Origin: Candidatus Heimdallarchaeota archaeon
Lineage (GTDB): Archaea; Asgardarchaeota; Heimdallarchaeia; Hodarchaeales; Hodarchaeaceae
Length of the DNA stretch: 64,000 nt
NCBI GenBank assembly: GCA_011364965.1
Contig: RDOB01000002.1
Location: 256,001 to 320,000, forward strand
Reading direction: 5' to 3'
Shown: positions 56,011-64,000 of the stretch, in pieces
How positions within the stretch are numbered: position 1 is the first letter of the stretch
How the letters are laid out: every line of letters starts with the position of its first letter
Notes under the pieces: model-generated
Seen by the model: the letters and a program-made list of their open reading frames with translations, nothing else
What the model was told of the DNA's origin: nothing
Database searches by the model: none
Made by a program: the position numbers and the translations under genes

Positions 56011-58143
56011 TTGCAAAGAGAATTAATACCTCAGACTGAAATTTTGTACTCCAGTCGAACTGGCCATCTATTTTCCGTGATACGTCTATTTCCTTTTCAT
56101 TCAAACTCTTTATTTGCGTCAAGTTCTTTTGATGGTACTGTTAGGATCTGGAATGATTCGAAGCAAGAAAGAGTTCTATTCTATTTCTCTGAAGCAATAG
56201 AAGGTCTACATATTACTCCCAACGACAAAGAAATCATAGTTATATTGGCAGATTCATCCAAAGCATACATTTATAATCTTGAGTCAGAAAGCTTACTCAC
56301 AATAGGGGAGGATCAACTATTTCGTAATATTATTGGAACTAATCCTAGTAGTACGAAAACAGCATTAGTTACATTTAATGATGAAGTATTGATATACAAC
56401 CATCAAACAAGAAGGATAAGTTCTTCTGTACTTATTGAAAATATATCTGGGGATTCTTTAATTTGGATTAATGATGAGAAATTTTGCGTTCCAAAACGGA
56501 ATGGATCTATTTGTATTGTTGATTTGGATAAAAAAGAATTGAAGAGAGAAATACCGGTTCATGATGGATTGGTCACCTCAATTTGCCTGAATGGTGGGGA
56601 TATTATTACTGTGTCAGAAGATGGAACTGGTAAAGTGCTAGATATTGATTTCAATCCGAAAAAGGGATTTAAGATTGATTTTTTGCCAATTTCTGTTGAT
56701 TATAATGCAAAAGCAAAGCTAATTGCTGTAACTGGGGAAAGAAATTTACTTATCATTAACACTCGAACAGGGGAAATTTTGCAATTAGAGCAAGAATTAT
56801 CAGGTTCCAATGCTATTATTTTAGACGATGCAACAATAATTAAAGGATCTGGGGAGCATGATATCATTTTTATTGATATTAATGGGAATTTGAAAAAAAA
56901 AATTGAGGGAAGGTTTCATACTGCTGAATTTACAGCTTTTTTGGAGGAAAATAAATTAGCAATTGCCTCGGGAGACAACTCAGTCCATCTATTAGATTAT
57001 TGTCATCATCTTGATCAGATACTCCAAACTCATAAAGAAACTGTTTCTGCAATCATTTTTAGTCCTCAATACAATTTATTGATTTCTGGAGCATATGATG
57101 ATAGTTTAATCATTTGGGATATTATAAATAATCGCTTGAGAAAACAAATCGACGGATTACCCTTAATATCTGCATTAACACTTTCACCATCATCAGATAA
57201 GATAGCAGTGGGATGTAGCGGAGACAATACAATACATATTTTTACTATAGAAGGTGAAGAGCTGACTAAATGGGAGGCTCATCGAGATTTCATCTCATAT
57301 CTCATATTTATGAGCGATGAAGTTTTAATTTCAGGTTCAGATGATTCTAATATTAAATTTTGGAAACCTGATGGAAAATTGATAAGTTCAATTCAAGAAA
57401 AGTCTCCAATAAAATCTATTGAAACAACTATTGACTTTGATTATTATATCACTGGACATAAAAATGGGGCTCTTAATATTTATGAAAAAGTATCAAACCG
57501 TAAGGTAGCATATCATCTTGCTTCGTCACAGGTTCAACAAATTAAAATTATTGACAATAAAAGAATCCTCTTTGCTTCTCAGAATATACTTCATCAAATT
57601 GAGTTCGACGGATACCACATCGTTGACATACAAGAGATAGATAGCCATGTAGAGCCGATTCGTGGAATAATGTGGTATGAAAATCCATTTAGAATCATAT
57701 CTGTTTCTCATGCAATAGAGATTCATGAAACTTTATTTAAGACTAAAGACATTTCTATACCCTTAATAGATGAAGAAGACTCAGGAATGGTAATTTATGC
57801 TCCAGAGGATTTCGAGGAAACTTCTGATCAAATATTAAAACCGGAAAGTTCCGACTCAAAAGTAATAAGGGCCGAAATCGATGAAAAGAATCTAGGGAAT
57901 GTCCTAGATTATCTTGATACTATATCGAAACAATTTAATGATTTGATCATCCCAAAATTGCAAATTTATGGGATAGAATTCAATCTTTTCAATGAATCAT
58001 TAGATCAGATACGTATAAAGATACAAAATCTCATCAAAGATAGACAGGCTATAAAGCAAGAGAGTGATAAGAATTTGAACGTGAGGGAAACCACTGAAGA
58101 TTGGAAAAGCATCGATTGGGGAGGAAAAAAACATAATGAATAA
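56011..58143 (+). CDS. WD40 repeat protein (probable double beta-propeller plus C-terminal helical region)
   Basis: SSSFDGTVRIW, SGAYDDSLIIWD, SGSDDSNIKFW, VSEDGTGKV, with His-initiated repeats over ~570 aa. Confidence 0.9.
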   Translation: MQRELIPQTEILYSSRTGHLFSVIRLFPFHSNSLFASSSFDGTVRIWNDSKQERVLFYFSEAIEGLHITPNDKEIIVILADSSKAYIYNLESESLLTIGEDQLFRNIIGTNPSSTKTALVTFNDEVLIYNHQTRRISSSVLIENISGDSLIWINDEKFCVPKRNGSICIVDLDKKELKREIPVHDGLVTSICLNGGDIITVSEDGTGKVLDIDFNPKKGFKIDFLPISVDYNAKAKLIAVTGERNLLIINTRTGEILQLEQELSGSNAIILDDATIIKGSGEHDIIFIDINGNLKKKIEGRFHTAEFTAFLEENKLAIASGDNSVHLLDYCHHLDQILQTHKETVSAIIFSPQYNLLISGAYDDSLIIWDIINNRLRKQIDGLPLISALTLSPSSDKIAVGCSGDNTIHIFTIEGEELTKWEAHRDFISYLIFMSDEVLISGSDDSNIKFWKPDGKLISSIQEKSPIKSIETTIDFDYYITGHKNGALNIYEKVSNRKVAYHLASSQVQQIKIIDNKRILFASQNILHQIEFDGYHIVDIQEIDSHVEPIRGIMWYENPFRIISVSHAIEIHETLFKTKDISIPLIDEEDSGMVIYAPEDFEETSDQILKPESSDSKVIRAEIDEKNLGNVLDYLDTISKQFNDLIIPKLQIYGIEFNLFNESLDQIRIKIQNLIKDRQAIKQESDKNLNVRETTEDWKSIDWGGKKHNE

Positions 58144-58154
58144 ATCATCCATTT

Positions 58155-59330
58155 TTGAAAAAAAAGATACTTTTATCAAAGCTACTTAATGAACTGACTG
58201 ATAGCGAGGTTAAAAAAATGAATGGAAATCAAAAAATTGCTGATATAAATCAAAAATCCCCAAGCTTTTTATTAAAAGTTAAAGAACACATGCTTGAAAC
58301 TCTCAAGATCATGTACAATAGTATGAGATATCCAGAATTCAAGTTTACAAGATCAGGATTAATCATTTCAATTATCTTAATAATTGCTTCGGCATTAATA
58401 TTTCTAATTCCTCTTATAATAGGAGAAATCAAATTCTTAACCTTTAGTATTCCAGCTAACCTTCTTGGAATACCTATAAGTCTACTAGTTGCATTTTTGG
58501 TTATATATTTATGGTTCTTACTCGGATTGAAGGTAACTCCGATTATTGCTCACCTCCTAGTTGATAATAAAGTATTAACCTTATTGTTTACTAAAGGAAA
58601 TGTCCATTATGTGGAATATGTTCCGTTAGAGAAGCGAAAAATTGCTTTTCCACATATTCTAAACAAATATATTGCTCTGATAGTAGCTTGGGTTTCTGTT
58701 TCAGCATTTTTACTTAATCTTTTAGCAGGTTTCGTAGCTGGAGGAGATCCTCGACTTCTTGTGAGTCCAGGTGAAAATATCTTCTTCTTTATATTGAGAA
58801 CCGTTGTTTTATTTGTGTTTGTACCAATTATCTTCACAGGTTTATATCCAATCGGTTGGATGCTTATCGATGCGAAATTAAAGGCTTATAATAGTGTAAC
58901 CCAACTAAATTGGTTGATTGGAAAAAAGGTGCTTAACATTACAGCTGGTATTATAACCATTGGATCCGTTCTGGCCTTGGGAGCTAGTGTAATTGAGTAT
59001 TTTGCCGTGAGGGCTCAATTAATTGTAGATCTTCTTCTATTCTGTGTTGTTAATATTTCATTAATAGTTTCACTAGTTACTGTTTTTTATAATATGTTCT
59101 TTCAGGGAAAGTTTTACCAAAACATAATAGATTCGTTGAATGTGGGATATGGTATCACCTCCGTTACTTTAGTAGATGCAGAAGGACTACCCATTCACAA
59201 TAAAGAAGAAGAGGAAACACTTGTTGAAAAACCTCTTGAAGAAGTTAAGAAAGAATCGATGCATGAAATAAGTTCTGATAATGTAACAGAGGTTTCACGG
59301 TTAAAAGAGGATCATGAAGAGATAGAATAA
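58155..59330 (+). CDS. Polytopic membrane protein (~6 TM) with acidic C-tail
   Basis: Hydrophobic segments; start uncertain (58155 or 58218). Confidence 0.75.
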   Translation: MKKKILLSKLLNELTDSEVKKMNGNQKIADINQKSPSFLLKVKEHMLETLKIMYNSMRYPEFKFTRSGLIISIILIIASALIFLIPLIIGEIKFLTFSIPANLLGIPISLLVAFLVIYLWFLLGLKVTPIIAHLLVDNKVLTLLFTKGNVHYVEYVPLEKRKIAFPHILNKYIALIVAWVSVSAFLLNLLAGFVAGGDPRLLVSPGENIFFFILRTVVLFVFVPIIFTGLYPIGWMLIDAKLKAYNSVTQLNWLIGKKVLNITAGIITIGSVLALGASVIEYFAVRAQLIVDLLLFCVVNISLIVSLVTVFYNMFFQGKFYQNIIDSLNVGYGITSVTLVDAEGLPIHNKEEEETLVEKPLEEVKKESMHEISSDNVTEVSRLKEDHEEIE

Positions 59331-59436
59331 TTTCTATCAAAGTTTTTATTTCACCCTCATTGGAACAGTTGGAACTTCTTAAGTTCAATCATCATTATCG
59401 GATTTTAGAGTAAATGCAGGAAAGAGTAGAAAAATA

Positions 59437-60954
59437 ATGGATTTCGCTTCAGTTTTAAATTACTATTGCAGGAAGATAGGTACATGGTTTTTAGGGGTAA
59501 TCCCTATTTTATTGACAATATTGTTATTTTTGGTTATGTTTACTCAATATCCCACAAGTGCAACGGATAGTGATTATCTTTCTCAATCCTTAAATGACCC
59601 AATTCATTTCTTAATTGTTTTTTTATACATTACACTAATTATAGCGGCAATTCCATTTTCTTTGAACGGTTTCTTCATGGAAACAGCGTTCAATAAAGAA
59701 GTTAAGAGAATAACCAAGACTGGATTACTCATAAGAAGAGGAGTAGAAGGTTTTTCAGAGGTTGAGTCTTCAATTAAGCTTCTTTATCGGGGATCTTATT
59801 CAGTAATCGCAACTGTCATAATAAGTTTTTTAGTATTCTTGTCCGCCTTAATTCTACAAGAGTATGCTAATGATGCGATACTTTTCCATTCTACTAAACT
59901 ATTTATCTTTACTGCAAGTATTGGATTGTTAGCTATATCTTCAGGAGCTTCTATATTATTGAAACTTCCAGATAAATCTGCGTTACAACCCGGAGGATTA
60001 ATGCGATATTATTCCCCCAAAAGTCTCGCGCTGCGTCTAGATAATATATTATCTGACTCAATTTTTACTCAACTCGACCCAATTACTCGAATAAAAATGG
60101 ATGAATGGGCGAAATCAATATCCGAGAATTTTAATGTTAATTTCATTCCTCACGAAGACAATCAAACAAGACTGGAACGGGCTAGGGAAAAGATATTTTT
60201 GCTAGTCTATTTAAAAGAGTTTATTCCTGAGTTAATGACAGAGGATATCTTTAAGAATGAAATCGGAGAGATATTTGCTCCCAATTATATGAACATATTC
60301 ATAGAAGGAAAAGATTCTGGAATTTCATTACAAGTTCTTTCAACGATTATTAGAGATGTTGAAAAAGAAATCCCCCAAATTTTTGAACTTGTTCAAAGGA
60401 TTTTTGTATTAGTTAAAGATAATCTGAGCTACCTGAGAACCAAAGAGGAGATTATAACGATTTGCCATCCAACACATCATATTGGTAATATTGATCCCTT
60501 CCGCATAATAATCTTTATTCTAAATTTAAAAAAGGAAGTAAGAAAGGTTTTGATACAAGCACAAACTTCAATGAGTTCTTTAGATCCAGATGACGCCTCT
60601 CAATCCCTTTTACTAGATACAGGTGATCTGTTTATTCCCAGAACTGAGAATGAGATAAAATTTTCATCATCTGAAGACCCAGTTGATATTATTCGTCTTG
60701 TAAGTTCTATTTTGCAAATTGGAGATGCTTTAGCTCTACAATTTCGTCCTAATAGGTTTGGAACTCATGTTCTAAATATTTCAATTGGAAATGAGGAAAT
60801 TGGTATAATTACGGGAAAATCTGTCGTGATCGATGTCCATCGTGACATTCAATTTTATGTAAAAACATTTGGAGCAAAAGCTCTTGGTTATATCGGAGCT
60901 GCCCTTTCTTTCATTGGAATTGGTTTAGGTTCATTTGTTGGCCTGTTTGGCTAA
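59437..60954 (+). CDS. Membrane protein (4 N-terminal TMs, soluble helical and beta domains, C-terminal hydrophobic helix)
   Basis: Hydropathy pattern; no family recognised. Confidence 0.75.
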   Translation: MDFASVLNYYCRKIGTWFLGVIPILLTILLFLVMFTQYPTSATDSDYLSQSLNDPIHFLIVFLYITLIIAAIPFSLNGFFMETAFNKEVKRITKTGLLIRRGVEGFSEVESSIKLLYRGSYSVIATVIISFLVFLSALILQEYANDAILFHSTKLFIFTASIGLLAISSGASILLKLPDKSALQPGGLMRYYSPKSLALRLDNILSDSIFTQLDPITRIKMDEWAKSISENFNVNFIPHEDNQTRLERAREKIFLLVYLKEFIPELMTEDIFKNEIGEIFAPNYMNIFIEGKDSGISLQVLSTIIRDVEKEIPQIFELVQRIFVLVKDNLSYLRTKEEIITICHPTHHIGNIDPFRIIIFILNLKKEVRKVLIQAQTSMSSLDPDDASQSLLLDTGDLFIPRTENEIKFSSSEDPVDIIRLVSSILQIGDALALQFRPNRFGTHVLNISIGNEEIGIITGKSVVIDVHRDIQFYVKTFGAKALGYIGAALSFIGIGLGSFVGLFG

Positions 60955-60974
60955 ATAAAACAGAGAAATGCAAC

Positions 60975-62300
60975 TTGAAGGTTCATAAATCAACAGTTCC
61001 CTTTAAAATCTTATTCCTATTTGTTTTATTACTCATAAATGGGGTCGGAGCCACCTTACCTATTCCTAATTTAACTGTCCTAGCTCAATATTATAATTTT
61101 CAATATTTTGGATTCATAGAGGCAATTTTTATACTTATATTGACAAGTACGCAATTATTATGGGGTTTCTTAATAGATACACTAGAAAGAAAAAGATTGA
61201 TGAATGTAGCGAACACTATTTGGGTATTGACATCTATTTTAATCTTTTTTTTCCCTGAATATTTCTATTTTTATCTCATTAATCGTTTAATAATGGCTTT
61301 GGGGCTCTCTGCTTTTTTGCCTCTAGCATATTCTGCTATAGCTGATTTTACGGAATATAATAATCGTGGAATAGTCGCTTCGTTACTAAATATTGCTTGG
61401 GTTGGATCTAGCGCCTTAGGAATTTTGATTGGAGGATTTTTCTCTAATTCTTGGCCTTTATCATTTGGACTTGTTGCTTTATTAGGTATTTTTGTTGGTT
61501 TCTGGAGTTATTTTGTGTCTTTTCCTGAAAGAGGTAAAAAAGAACCAATTTTTCAATCCTTACCACATTATAATTACCCTTGGAGGATTCAAACTAAGGA
61601 ATATATGTTAATCCTGAAATCTAAAACAAATTTTTGGTTGCTTGTTCAAGGAATCTTCGCATTAATTCCAGGATCTTTTTTTACATACTGGATGGTTTCT
61701 TTTTTAAACTCTAATCAAGGATTCTACTTTGATATTACTCTTGCTAGTTTATTAGCCATTGTTATCGCAAGTGGGAGGGTATTCGGATATCCTACATTTG
61801 GAAAATTGGGAGATTTCTTAACCAGAAAAAGGAAATCGCCTCATAATCGTGTATTCATTGCTACTTTATGCATGATTTTTCAAGCTATATTTTTTTTCAT
61901 TGCCTTTACTATCCCAGGAAGTTCATATGCCTCGTTCTTCGCATTTTCTTTTTTTTTCTGGATTGGAAGTTTTATAGGGGGGGGTTCTGGCCCCAATCGA
62001 ACTTCAATATTATTTGAGGTAACCCTCCCCGAACATAGAGGTACTGTAGGTTCTTTATTTTCGTTTGTTGATCAAATCGGAATTTCAATAGGTTTATTTT
62101 TATCAACTTTGTGGATTCCTTACTTTGGGTATAGAGTAATGTTCGTTTTTGGTTTAATATTTTATTTATTTGCTGCTTTTTCTTGGTTTATTACCATTAT
62201 TCCTTTGAGTAAGGATAAAGAAAAAATGAATAAAGTTTTAGAGTCTCGTAAAGCTGAAATTCAGGATGAAGAAATCGTAAATGGTTCGATTGGTTATTAG
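60975..62300 (+). CDS. MFS transporter
   Basis: About 12 TMs, WGFLIDTLERKR (motif A-like), AIADF...RG, GKLGD, PEHRGT. Confidence 0.9.
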   Translation: MKVHKSTVPFKILFLFVLLLINGVGATLPIPNLTVLAQYYNFQYFGFIEAIFILILTSTQLLWGFLIDTLERKRLMNVANTIWVLTSILIFFFPEYFYFYLINRLIMALGLSAFLPLAYSAIADFTEYNNRGIVASLLNIAWVGSSALGILIGGFFSNSWPLSFGLVALLGIFVGFWSYFVSFPERGKKEPIFQSLPHYNYPWRIQTKEYMLILKSKTNFWLLVQGIFALIPGSFFTYWMVSFLNSNQGFYFDITLASLLAIVIASGRVFGYPTFGKLGDFLTRKRKSPHNRVFIATLCMIFQAIFFFIAFTIPGSSYASFFAFSFFFWIGSFIGGGSGPNRTSILFEVTLPEHRGTVGSLFSFVDQIGISIGLFLSTLWIPYFGYRVMFVFGLIFYLFAAFSWFITIIPLSKDKEKMNKVLESRKAEIQDEEIVNGSIGY

Positions 62301-62318
62301 CAGCTTTTTCTTTATTTT

Positions 62319-62752
62319 CTAGCATATTTTCTGTGAATAGATTTGACTATGATATTTGACAGCCCAAATTATAGGTTGCTTCTGCATCGCGTCACCCAGT
62401 TTTATCATATCTGCTATATCTAAATCAATAACTTGAGTAGGACTGTGACTGATTGTATAATGAATTCTGCTAGATTCTAGTTTAATGTGCTTTTTTGAAT
62501 CTGGATGCGCACTATACCATGAAAGTGAACTTGGGTAACGCTTTAATGCATCCTCAATAAGTTCCGCTGGGATAGGAACGCGCGCGCTATCTATCTGGCA
62601 TCTATTTTTATTTAAGATCTCCAGAGCTTAATTTGTGAGAATTTTACACCAGTTGTATCCAATAAACGCAAAATTGCTTCATGACTCTCCTGAACTTGAT
62701 TCTGAGTCATCAAATCAAGAGGAGGATTATTGGTTTTAATTCCAAGGAGCAT
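62319..62752 (-). pseudogene. Frameshifted, truncated trimethylamine methyltransferase (MttB-family) remnant
   Basis: ATG 62752 gives MLLGIKTNNPPLDLMTQNQVQESHEAILRLLDTTGVKF. After a frameshift near 62630 it reads ALEILNKNRCQIDSARVPIPAELIEDALKRYPSSLSWYS...VIDLD, which matches the MttB N-terminus. Confidence 0.75.
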
Positions 62753-62941
62753 TGAATCGCCTTTAAGGAAACAGGATTTAATAGAATTAGTTGGGAATTA
62801 AAATGAGAAAAGTATCTACTGAAAATAATCTTTTCAACATAATTCTGTAAACTAAACATTTTTTAGCAGATTATTTCCAATTCAAATATTATCTCTATAA
62901 TTAAATTTATTAGAATTTAGACATCAAGAGGTGTAAAAAAT

Positions 62942-64000
62942 TTGCCAGCAAATTTATATTTTAGATCATTCGCGATACTAACTTTCCTCTGGGGATTGGT
63001 ATTTGCTTTAGGAATGGCTTTGATTTTAATAGCATCATTATCCGGAGTGATTCCTCCAGGTTATGAGTATTTAATTATCATAGCCCCTGTCCTTTTTGCA
63101 TTTATCATTGTGGGAATACAGTTTCTAATATCACCTTGGATAATGGATATTACGATCGCGTGGGTATATAAAGCAACGAAATATCCAGTTGAAGATCTCC
63201 CTCCCCATATTCGGGATTTTTTATACAACCAAATGCAAATGAACAATTTCTCGTTGAAATGGGTTGCTATCATTCATGATAACAATCCAAATGCCTTCAC
63301 TTACGGTCACACAAAGAAAAGGGCCCGTATGGCAATAACCGAGGGGATTTTGAATTACTTGGATGAATCAGAGCAGATAGCAGTTGTGGCTCATGAATGT
63401 GGTCACATAGTTCACCGTGATTTCATCTGGATGACAGTAGCGGCAGCAATCCCCTTAATTTGCTATTCTTTCTATCAGGGTCTCTGGACATTTGCTCGTG
63501 TATCTTCTCGTTCCCAACGTGGTAGCCGAGACGATGCAGCTTCTGTTGGTGCCATTGCTCTGGTCGTAGCTATACTAGCTTGGGTTGTATATTATATTTC
63601 TCATTATATAGTTTTGCTTCTTTCTCGGGTACGCGAATATTTTGCTGATTCATTCTCTGCTAATGCCACGGGTGATCCTGGAGCTCTTTCTAGGGCTTTA
63701 GTGAAGATTGCATATGGAATGGTGAAATCCGATGCAGAATTAGCTTCACGTATGAAGGATGAAGGATACTCTCCTGCTGAACAACGTCAAGCTGCAAAAC
63801 AAAGTGCTTTTAATGTTGGTATGCGTTCCCTCGGGATATTCGACGTTTCAGGTGCAAAAAGCCTTGCTATGTCGGCATATGGTCGTGGAATGGACTTGAA
63901 TGAGGAAACCGTTGCAAAAGCGGCCCAATGGGATTTATCGAACCCTTGGGGTGGATTTCTAGAACTTTCATCAACGCACCCTCTGCCAGCTAAGAGAATT
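62942..64000 (+). CDS. htpX: HtpX/M48 membrane zinc protease (3' truncated by window edge)
   Basis: TTG start after GAGGTG; NPNAFTYG, AITEGIL, AVVAHECGH (HExxH), SRVREYFAD, LSSTHP. Not in the ORF track. Confidence 0.93.
   Translation, partial: MPANLYFRSFAILTFLWGLVFALGMALILIASLSGVIPPGYEYLIIIAPVLFAFIIVGIQFLISPWIMDITIAWVYKATKYPVEDLPPHIRDFLYNQMQMNNFSLKWVAIIHDNNPNAFTYGHTKKRARMAITEGILNYLDESEQIAVVAHECGHIVHRDFIWMTVAAAIPLICYSFYQGLWTFARVSSRSQRGSRDDAASVGAIALVVAILAWVVYYISHYIVLLLSRVREYFADSFSANATGDPGALSRALVKIAYGMVKSDAELASRMKDEGYSPAEQRQAAKQSAFNVGMRSLGIFDVSGAKSLAMSAYGRGMDLNEETVAKAAQWDLSNPWGGFLELSSTHPLPAKRI

Noticed and set aside
62319-62752. Pyrrolysine readthrough explaining the broken MttB
   Set aside because: The lesion is a frameshift with a TAA near the N-terminus plus truncation, not a single in-frame TAG in the catalytic region.
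478-63273. Numerous 60-156 aa ORFs antisense to or nested in real genes (e.g. 9920-10390, 15979-16419, 28272-28613, 63061-63273)
   Set aside because: Shadow frames of well-supported CDSs with no motifs of their own.

Overview
AT-rich, gene-dense archaeal chromosomal segment of about 55 CDSs. I found no rRNA, tRNA, CRISPR array or intact mobile element by eye. Alba, CarS, isopentenyl phosphate kinase, PCNA/RFC, TFS and archease-RtcB mark it as archaeal. A Rab-like GTPase, a V4R/Bet3-like protein, a large WD40 protein and a TPR protein point to an Asgard archaeon; Heimdallarchaeia-like is an inference. Main blocks are an aconitase-aclB-aclA-isocitrate dehydrogenase operon facing a LarA-family racemase, acyl-CoA/IOR catabolic genes, a PCNA-RFC-S-RFC-L operon, two related surface proteins around a membrane-bound HTH regulator, an Asp/Asn-tRNA synthetase with mixed signatures, a bacterial-type NAD+ DNA ligase and a WD40/membrane/MFS cluster. 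The ORF track misses a 5'-truncated Cys phosphatase, a frameshifted MttB-family remnant, a 3'-truncated HtpX protease and a probable CTG start codon. The best candidates for new biology are (1) a ~290-nt highly self-complementary non-coding segment (54713-55010) leading into a very basic 126-aa orphan ORF, (2) the surface-protein/membrane-TF module with a repeated palindromic operator, (3) the Rab-like GTPase/V4R neighbourhood, and (4) the ATP-citrate-lyase operon and its control region. All product calls come from motif recognition, not database searches.
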